Shown here piece by piece: positions 9,739 to 16,267 of a stretch of DNA of 28,073 nt. The notes under the pieces were generated by a model, which was not told where the DNA came from, did no database searches, and saw only the letters and a program-made list of their open reading frames with translations. Made by a program: the position numbers and the translations under genes. The DNA comes from Candidatus Eiseniibacteriota bacterium (GTDB lineage Bacteria > Eisenbacteria > RBG-16-71-46): the NCBI GenBank assembly GCA_031366795.1, contig JANLOX010000341.1, forward strand, positions 1 to 28,073. The letters are read 5' to 3'. How positions within the stretch are numbered: position 1 is the first letter of the stretch; each line of letters begins with the position of its first letter.

Positions 9739-10671
9739 TCAGACGAACAGTGAACTCAGCGAGCGTTCCTCGTGGATCCGTTGCACCGCCTCACCCAGCA
9801 GCACCGCGACCGACAATTCCTTCACGTGCGGTGGGATGGGACCGAGGCTGTGGTCAATCGTGTCGGTGGTGACGATTTCCTTGATCGGCGATTTGGCGAT
9901 CCGGTCAAACGCGCTGGCGCTGAAGACGCCATGCGTCACACCCGCGTAGATCTCGAGAGCCCCGCGCGCGCGAATCGCCTCGGCCGCGAGGCACAACGTG
10001 CTGGCCGTGGTGACGAGGTCGTCGAACAGCACGACGTTCTTGCCCGCCACATCGCCGATGATGTTCATGATCTCGACCGAGTCCGGCCGCGGACGGCGCT
10101 TGTCGGTCAGTGCCAGGTCCGCGCCGAGCCGCTTGGCATAGGCGCGCGCCATCTTCACGCCGCCCACGTCGGGAGCCACGACGAGCAGGTCGGGCAGGTT
10201 CATCTGGGTGAAGTAGTCGATCAAGACCGGTGCGGCATAGAGATGATCGAAGGGAATATCGAAGAACCCCTGAATCTGCGCGCTGTGCAAGTCCATCGTC
10301 AGCACGCGATCCGCGCCGGCGACGGTGATCAGGTTGGCGACGAGCTTGGCGGAGATCGGGGCGCGCGGCTGGTCCTTGCGGTCCTGGCGCGCGTAGCCGA
10401 AGTACGGCAGCACCGCCGTCACACGCCGGGCCGAGGCTCGTTTCGCCGCGTCCAGCATGATCAGCAGCTCCATCAGGTTGTCCGCCGGAGCGCCGGTGGA
10501 CTGGATGATGAACACATCACTGCCGCGAATGTTCTCGTTGAAGCGAACCGACACCTCGCCGTCCTCGAACCGCGAGACTTCAACGTCCCCGAGGGAAACT
10601 TGGAGGTGTTCGCAGATGGCGGTGGCAAGCCTACGGCTCGCATTGCCTGCGAAAATTCGGCATGGATCCAC
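9739..10671 (-). CDS. prs: Ribose-phosphate pyrophosphokinase (PRPP synthetase)
   Basis: F.DGE..V...ENIRG, YFGYARQDRK, DLHSAQIQGFFDIP, PDVGG. Likely start GTG 10671 with AGGAG upstream; the longer ORF-track start runs through the tRNA. Confidence 0.97.
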   Translation of the reverse strand: MDPCRIFAGNASRRLATAICEHLQVSLGDVEVSRFEDGEVSVRFNENIRGSDVFIIQSTGAPADNLMELLIMLDAAKRASARRVTAVLPYFGYARQDRKDQPRAPISAKLVANLITVAGADRVLTMDLHSAQIQGFFDIPFDHLYAAPVLIDYFTQMNLPDLLVVAPDVGGVKMARAYAKRLGADLALTDKRRPRPDSVEIMNIIGDVAGKNVVLFDDLVTTASTLCLAAEAIRARGALEIYAGVTHGVFSASAFDRIAKSPIKEIVTTDTIDHSLGPIPPHVKELSVAVLLGEAVQRIHEERSLSSLFV

Positions 10672-10913
10672 TGTGTGCTCGCTCCTCGCGCAAGAGACCC
10701 GCTTCAAAAACAGCATGACGGGCTCACGTGCTACCGCACGAAGACGCAGCCTGGATCCGCGGGAAACGCACCCTGCCACTGGGCAGGGACGCCACCGCGG
10801 GCGCACCGGTCTTGCCGGCGGGCGCCGCGAGCCATGACCGCCCTGACGAGCAGGGCCAGCCACTATGTTGTGGTGCCGAAACGTCGTCCCGGGAAACCCT
10901 CCGGGCCCAAGCA

Positions 10914-10988
10914 TGGCTGGGGCGGGAGGATTCGAACCTCCGGATGCGAGAGCCAAAGTCTCGTGCCTTACCGCTTGGCCACGCCCCA
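10914..10988 (-). tRNA. tRNA-Gln (anticodon TTG)
   Basis: TGGGGCG TGGCCAAGCGGTAAGGC A CGAGA-CT TTG GC-TCTCG CATC CGGAG GTTCGAATC CTCC CGCCCCA GCCA: cloverleaf with encoded CCA; classic ispE-tRNA-Gln-prs context. Confidence 0.97.
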
Positions 10989-11098
10989 CCAAACGTCAGG
11001 GATCCCGCTCAACTCGCGGATATTCCTTAGAAAAACCCCGCGAAATCGGCGGTTGGCTCAAACTCCAGCGCCTCGCAAGTCCATGTGTCGGCCTGCGG

Positions 11099-11128
11099 AC
11101 AGTACAGGGGGCCTCGCCACGGTGTCAA
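11099..11128 (-). promoter_or_regulatory. Putative sigma70 promoter for tRNA-Gln-prs
   Basis: TTGACA (11128-11123), 18-nt spacer, TACTGT (11104-11099), ~110 nt upstream of the tRNA. Confidence 0.55.
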
Positions 11129-11189
11129 TTCACCGGGCAAGGTCCTGTAACAATACGCTCTAGCGGGTTTCCGAGGGCCGCCAGGGACG

Positions 11190-11504
11190 CTAGTCGCCGC
11201 GGTCGTCGTGGTCCGACGGAACCGTGGCGTGGCGCTGCTGCGGCGGCCTCACCAGTTCCTTCTCGTACTCGCTGAGCACGATGTCGGTCAGGTACTTGCG
11301 CGTCCCGTCGTTGATCGGGTGCGCGAGGTCTTGGTGTTGCCCATCGGGGCGCTTGCGGCTCGGCATCGCCACGAACAGGCCCGTGTTGCCGCGGATGATC
11401 TTGAGGCCCCGGATCACGAACGCATTGTTCAGCGTGATGCTGACGAACGCCTTGAGCTTCTCGTCCGTGCGCAGTGATACGCGAACTTCGGTGATCTCGA
11501 TCAT
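11190..11504 (-). CDS. spoVG: Septation/RNA-binding protein SpoVG
   Basis: MIEITEVRV...KLKAFVSITL..AFVIRGLKIIRG..GLFVAMPSRK..DG...DLAHPIN; ATG 11504 with AGGGG RBS. Confidence 0.95.
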   Translation of the reverse strand: MIEITEVRVSLRTDEKLKAFVSITLNNAFVIRGLKIIRGNTGLFVAMPSRKRPDGQHQDLAHPINDGTRKYLTDIVLSEYEKELVRPPQQRHATVPSDHDDRGD

Positions 11505-11611
11505 CGCGCGATCCCCTGTGAGAGGGGCGTGCACCGCCATCCCGCCTTGGGACTGTGGGCCCGCGGGGGATCCACGTCTTGAGCGCCTAGCATCCTTGCC
11601 TCCAGCCCAAG

Positions 11612-12580
11612 CTACGAGCGACCGTTGAGCTTCAATCCCCGCCCCATGGAGCGAACGAGGTAGAGCGCTTCCGTTCCTTGGAATCGACGCACTGCATCGG
11701 TGCCGGCGCGTCCTTCAGGAAGCAGGCCCACCACCGCCGACCCGCTGCCTGTCATATGAACGGACGTAGCACCTGCCACCTCGAGGCGTTCCTTGAGCGC
11801 GATGAATTCCGCTTGCCGAACCCCAAGTGCAGACTCGAAAGTATTTCCGAGCCGCATCGCGCGTTCGGCGCTCACCCGCTCCACCCCAAGGATTTGCGCC
11901 GATCTTAAGATTGCACTCCAAGGTGTCAAGTGCTTTCTGCGCCGGTCGATCACCCCGAAGGCTAGAGCGGTGCTGATGCCCCATCGCGGCACTGCAATCA
12001 GTGCCCGGAATGACTTCGCCAATTTCAGCGAAGTGAGGCGTTCCCCCCTGCCGCGGCCGAGCGCCGTGCCCCCGAGCGTCGCGAAGGGCACATCCGAGCC
12101 CAATTCTGCCCCGAGCGTGATGCGTTGCTCGCGCGACAGGCGAATCCCGTGAACCGCCGCGAATCCGACCAGGGCCGCGGCGGCATCCGCGCTGCCGCCG
12201 CCCAGCCCGGCGCGCGCCGGAATGCGCTTCACCAGTTCGAACTCGGCGCCCGAGTCGAGATCGAAACGCTCGGCCAGCAGGCGCGCAGCGCGCAGCACAA
12301 GGTTGCCCGCCCCGGCGGGGACCGCGGACTCCGCCGAGCTGGCCAGCCGTCCGCGCACCGCGACGTGCTCGTGGCGCACGCCCAATGTGAAGCCCCTGGG
12401 CGTGCGGCGCACCGTCAGCGTGTCGCTGAGCGAGACCGACTGGAAGATCGTGACGAGTTCGTGGAAGCCATCGGGGCGCATGGATCCCACGGCGAGCCCG
12501 AGGTTGATCTTGGCGCGCGCCTCGAGCGTCACCGTGCGGGGCGCGGCCCCAGTGGCGGGGCGGAGGGGGCCAGGACTCAC
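11612..12580 (-). CDS. ispE: 4-diphosphocytidyl-2-C-methyl-D-erythritol kinase
   Basis: AKINLGL.V...RPDGFHEL.TIFQ, KRIP..AGLGGGSADAAA, LGSDVPF, MTGSGS. Confidence 0.95.
   Translation of the reverse strand: MSPGPLRPATGAAPRTVTLEARAKINLGLAVGSMRPDGFHELVTIFQSVSLSDTLTVRRTPRGFTLGVRHEHVAVRGRLASSAESAVPAGAGNLVLRAARLLAERFDLDSGAEFELVKRIPARAGLGGGSADAAAALVGFAAVHGIRLSREQRITLGAELGSDVPFATLGGTALGRGRGERLTSLKLAKSFRALIAVPRWGISTALAFGVIDRRRKHLTPWSAILRSAQILGVERVSAERAMRLGNTFESALGVRQAEFIALKERLEVAGATSVHMTGSGSAVVGLLPEGRAGTDAVRRFQGTEALYLVRSMGRGLKLNGRS
11902..11929 (-). promoter_or_regulatory. Putative sigma70 promoter internal to ispE
   Basis: TTGACA (11929-11924), 16-nt spacer, TAAGAT (11907-11902), in a locally AT-richer patch of the ispE coding sequence. 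Confidence 0.55.
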
Positions 12581-13464
12581 ACGTGGTACAGGATCATTAC
12601 GACGGCGAGCAGGTAAAGCACCACGCAGCCCGCCATCGGCCCGTCGGTGAGCAGCACCATCGAGGGATCCTCGGCCTGCTCGCTCACCTTAAGCACGTAG
12701 AGGTAGCGGAAGATGCCGTAGGCCACGATGGGCAGCGTATAGAGCATCGCGCCGGTGCCGAACTTGGCGACCGTGGAGGGCCAGATCGTGTAGAGCGCGT
12801 ATCCCATCATGCTGGCCGCGGCTGAAACCATCAGCAAGCCGTCGAGCAGCTCGGGGCTGTACTGCTCGAGCACGCGACGCTGCATGGGTGCGGCCTCACC
12901 CGCATTGGCGAGCTCGCGACGGCGCTTGGCCAGCGCCAGAAACAAGGCGCCGAAGAAGGTGCACACCATCAGCCAGGGTGAGAGTTCCGTGCCGGGCGCT
13001 GGTCCGCGCAGCAACTCGACGCCGGCGATGGCCCGCAGCACGAAGCCAAGTGCGATGACGAACACATCGATCAGCACGATGTTGCGCAGCCCCAGGCTGT
13101 AGGCGACGTTGAGGCATACATAGCAGGCCGCCGCGATCATGAAGCCGCTGCCCAACCACCACGATGCCGCGAGCGCCACCGCCAGCAACGGGAACAGCGC
13201 CCCCCACGCGACCCACGCGGGCAATCGGCCCGAGGCAATCGGGCGCTTCTTCTTGCGCGGGTGCAGCCGGTCCGCGGGGGCATCGCGCAGGTCGTTGAAC
13301 AGGTAGGTGCAGCCGGCCAACAGCGAGAACGTCACGAAGCCGATCGCCGCTCGTAGCACCAGCGGGGGATCGCTGAAGTGCTGCGAGAACAACACGCCCG
13401 CGAACAGCAGTAGATTCTTGGTCCACTGCTTGGGGCGCAGTGCTGCGATGAGCGCCAGAATCAC
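12577..13464 (-). CDS. UbiA-family polyprenyl-phosphate phosphoribosyltransferase (DPPR synthase-like)
   Basis: LRPKQW.KNLL.F, Y.FND..D...DR.HP.KK.RPIASG, DVF.IA.GFVLR..AG, SPW, KRR.EL, YGIFRY, EDP..L.D. GTG start at 13464 overlaps the gmhA stop. Confidence 0.9.
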   Translation of the reverse strand: MILALIAALRPKQWTKNLLLFAGVLFSQHFSDPPLVLRAAIGFVTFSLLAGCTYLFNDLRDAPADRLHPRKKKRPIASGRLPAWVAWGALFPLLAVALAASWWLGSGFMIAAACYVCLNVAYSLGLRNIVLIDVFVIALGFVLRAIAGVELLRGPAPGTELSPWLMVCTFFGALFLALAKRRRELANAGEAAPMQRRVLEQYSPELLDGLLMVSAAASMMGYALYTIWPSTVAKFGTGAMLYTLPIVAYGIFRYLYVLKVSEQAEDPSMVLLTDGPMAGCVVLYLLAVVMILYHV

Positions 13465-14219
13465 CGCGTTCTCATGGCTCCGGCGCGCGGCTTGAGGCTG
13501 CCCTTGGCGCGCTTGGGACGCGCCGCCTTCGCGGTCGCCGCCCTCTTGCGCGAAGCCGGCTTCAACGCCACCACGCGCTTGGGCTTGGGCGCAGTGCGCG
13601 AAGTAGCGCTGCCGCCGCCCTCGAACAGCGTGCGCTCGATCAGCTCGCACCATGCATGTCCCATCGCGATGTGACCTTCCTGGATGCGCGGCGTCGAGAA
13701 GCTGGGCGTGATCAGCGCGAGGTCGCACTTGGCGGCGAAGCTGGATCCTTTGGCGCCGGTGAAGCCGATGACGGTCATCCCTAAACGCTTGGCCGACTCG
13801 ACCGCCCGCGTCACGTTCGCCGAGCTACCGCTGGTGGAGATGGCGACCAGCACGTCCCCCGCTAACCCAAGTCCCTCGAGTTGCCGCGAGAACACCTGAT
13901 CGTAACCGTAGTCGTTGCCGATCGCGGTGACCGACGAAGTGTTCGTCGTCAGCGCAACGGCCGGTAGTGGCGGCCGGTCGAAGGTGTAGCGTCCGGCCAA
14001 CTCGGCGGCAAGGTGCTGTGCGTCCGCAGCGCTCCCCCCGTTACCGCAAAAGTACATCGTCCCGCCATTCTGCAGGCTGATGATCGCGGCCTCCGCGGCG
14101 GCGGCGACGGCGCTGGCATTGGCATGCTCGAGGCGGCGCATCGAGCTGCCGGAATCACGCAGGGAAGTGCGCGCCATGCGTTCCAGCGAGCCCCGGGGGG
14201 TCGTCAACTTGCGCTTCAT
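13461..14219 (-). CDS. gmhA: D-sedoheptulose-7-phosphate isomerase with a basic C-terminal extension
   Basis: CGNGGSAADAQHLAAEL.GR, TAIGNDYG..VFSRQ, ISTSGSS.NV, RIQE.H; start ATG 14219 (MKRK) with CAGGAG RBS. Confidence 0.93.
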   Translation of the reverse strand: MKRKLTTPRGSLERMARTSLRDSGSSMRRLEHANASAVAAAAEAAIISLQNGGTMYFCGNGGSAADAQHLAAELAGRYTFDRPPLPAVALTTNTSSVTAIGNDYGYDQVFSRQLEGLGLAGDVLVAISTSGSSANVTRAVESAKRLGMTVIGFTGAKGSSFAAKCDLALITPSFSTPRIQEGHIAMGHAWCELIERTLFEGGGSATSRTAPKPKRVVALKPASRKRAATAKAARPKRAKGSLKPRAGAMRTR

Positions 14220-14300
14220 GCGTCGGCTCCTGGGTAGCAGATGGGGAATTCGGCGGTTCTTCAATGAACCGGTCCGGCGGCCTGGCGTGACCTTAAGGCC

Positions 14301-15146
14301 TCAGGCGCGCCGTGACTCTAGGTATCGGTCAACGGCCTCCCGCCAATGAGGCAAACGCTGCCCCGTCACCCGCTCGGCCATCTGGTTATTCAACACCGAG
14401 TAAGCCGGGCGCGGAGCCGGCCGGCCCAGGCTCGGCGTGTCGGTCTTCTCGACCGGCACGCTGAATCCGGCGCGCCGCACGGTATAGTCGGCCAGATCCC
14501 ACCACGTGCAGTCGCCGGAATTCGTCACATGGAAGGTGCCGTACTGCGATTGCTCGGCCAGCCGCACCAGCATAGGCGCCAGGTCGCGAGTCCATGTCGG
14601 CGAGCCGCGCTGGTCATCGACAACGCGCAGGCCCTGGCCCGAACGCGCGCGGTTCACCACGGTGTCGATGAAGTTGTGGCCGCCGGCACCGAACACCCAC
14701 GCGGTTCGCACGATGGCGTGGCGCGGCAACAACTCGCGCAGCGCCTGCTCGCCCGCCCACTTGGAGGCACCGTATACCGACTGGGGCGACACGACGTCAT
14801 ACTCGCGATAGGGCCGGTTCGCCCGGCCATCGAATACGTAGTCCGTCGACAGCGTGAGCACCGCCGCGCCACACTGTGCGGCAACCTGCGCCACGTTGCG
14901 CGAGCCCAGGCCATTCACCGCATGGGCGCGATCGGGATCGCTCTCGCAATCGTCGACCTTGGTCCACGCCGCAAGGTGGAAGATCCAGTCGGGCTTGAAC
15001 ATCTCGACCGCGTGGTTAAGCGCCCCCGGCACGGCCACGTCGGCATCGCCGCGACCCAGACCGAGCACTTCATGGCCCGCCTGCTGAAGTGCTGGCAGCA
15101 GCGCGTGCGCGAGCATGCCCCTCGCTCCCGTCACCAGCGCCCTCAC
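14301..15146 (-). CDS. rfbD: dTDP-4-dehydrorhamnose reductase
   Basis: VTGA.GML, AAWT.VD.CE, STDYVFDG, YGASK..GE, VVDDQ.GSPT, APRP.YS.L. Confidence 0.95.
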   Translation of the reverse strand: MRALVTGARGMLAHALLPALQQAGHEVLGLGRGDADVAVPGALNHAVEMFKPDWIFHLAAWTKVDDCESDPDRAHAVNGLGSRNVAQVAAQCGAAVLTLSTDYVFDGRANRPYREYDVVSPQSVYGASKWAGEQALRELLPRHAIVRTAWVFGAGGHNFIDTVVNRARSGQGLRVVDDQRGSPTWTRDLAPMLVRLAEQSQYGTFHVTNSGDCTWWDLADYTVRRAGFSVPVEKTDTPSLGRPAPRPAYSVLNNQMAERVTGQRLPHWREAVDRYLESRRA

Positions 15147-16267
15147 GAGAGCTCCACGTGGCTCGAGTCGCCGAGCACCAGCCGGTAGGAACGAGGTAGC
15201 GTGTCGATGGCTCGCACCACGACATCGCGGCCGATCAGGCTCGAGTCGATACGCTGGGGCACGTGCTCGAGGCGGCTGCCTTCGAGCACGATCGAGTGTT
15301 CGATCTCGCTGGATTGCACCTGTACGCGATCGCCCAGCGAGGTGAACGGTCCCACATAGGAATCGCTGATCCGCGCGTTGGCGCCGATTGCCAGGGGACC
15401 TCGCAGGCGTGAGCGTTCCACCACGGCGCCGGGTCCGATGACGACTGTGCCCTCGATCGTCGTGGCCGCGTCGACCTGGCCCTCGACCGAGGTCTCCAGT
15501 GCTCCGAGCATCATGCGATTGCCCTCGAGCATGTCCTCGACCTTACCGGTGTCCTTCCACCAGCCGGTGATGACGTGCGAACGCACGCGCTTGCCCGAGG
15601 TGATCAGGTGCTGGATCGCGTCGGTGATCTCGAGCTCCCCGCGGCGCGAAGGCTGGATCGCGCGCACCGCATCGAACACGCAATTGCTGAACAGGTAGAC
15701 GCCGACGAGCGCCAGGTCGCTGCGCGGGTTCGCAGGCTTTTCCTCGAGCCGCACCACGCGGTCGCCGGACAGCTCGGCCACACCGAACTCGCTCGGGTTG
15801 CGCACCTTGGCCAGCAGGATCTGGGCGTCCGGCTTTTCGGCCTCGAACTCACGCACGAACGGCGCCACGCCGTCCTTGATCAGGTTGTCGCCCAGGTACA
15901 TGACGAACGGCTCGCCCGCCATGAACTTCTCGGAGATCTTCACCGCGTGCGCCAGCCCGAGCGGCGCTTCCTGCTCGATGTACTCGACCTCGAGCCCGAA
16001 GCGCGAACCATCGCCGACCGCCTGGCGGATTTCCCACTGGCTGTTGACCATCACCGTGACCATCTCGCCGGTGCGGTGATCGGGGCGCAGCATCTCGCTC
16101 GGGTCGCTGACGACAATGCCGACCTGGCGAATGCCGGCGTCGCGCAACGCTTCGAGTCCGTAGAACAATACCGGCTTGTTGGCGACCGGGACCAACTGCT
16201 TGGCGCTGGTGTGCGTGATCGGCCTGAGCCGAGTGCCGCGTCCACCGGCGAGTACGAGAGCCTTCAT
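15143..16267 (-). CDS. rfbA: Glucose-1-phosphate thymidylyltransferase, long form with C-terminal hexapeptide repeats
   Basis: LAGGRGTRLRPITHT.AKQLVPVANKP, LGLAHAV, YLGDN, EEKP, RGELEITDA, WWKDTG. Confidence 0.93.
   Translation of the reverse strand: MKALVLAGGRGTRLRPITHTSAKQLVPVANKPVLFYGLEALRDAGIRQVGIVVSDPSEMLRPDHRTGEMVTVMVNSQWEIRQAVGDGSRFGLEVEYIEQEAPLGLAHAVKISEKFMAGEPFVMYLGDNLIKDGVAPFVREFEAEKPDAQILLAKVRNPSEFGVAELSGDRVVRLEEKPANPRSDLALVGVYLFSNCVFDAVRAIQPSRRGELEITDAIQHLITSGKRVRSHVITGWWKDTGKVEDMLEGNRMMLGALETSVEGQVDAATTIEGTVVIGPGAVVERSRLRGPLAIGANARISDSYVGPFTSLGDRVQVQSSEIEHSIVLEGSRLEHVPQRIDSSLIGRDVVVRAIDTLPRSYRLVLGDSSHVELS

Noticed and set aside
10914..10960. tRNA 3' end as an integration (att) site
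   Set aside because: I saw no duplicate of the tRNA 3' end, no integrase and no foreign-looking island in the window.
10672..10992. 107-aa N-terminal extension of Prs in the ORF track
   Set aside because: It runs through tRNA-Gln; the GTG at 10671 has an RBS and gives a normal 310-aa Prs.
13465..13728. N-terminal extension of the UbiA-type ORF
   Set aside because: It overlaps gmhA in another frame; family similarity begins at the GTGA-coupled start at 13464.
11043..14254. GCCGATTT (11050-11043) and GCCGAATT (14254-14247) as further sigma28 -10 boxes
   Set aside because: Neither has a TAAA-like -35 at 15-nt spacing.
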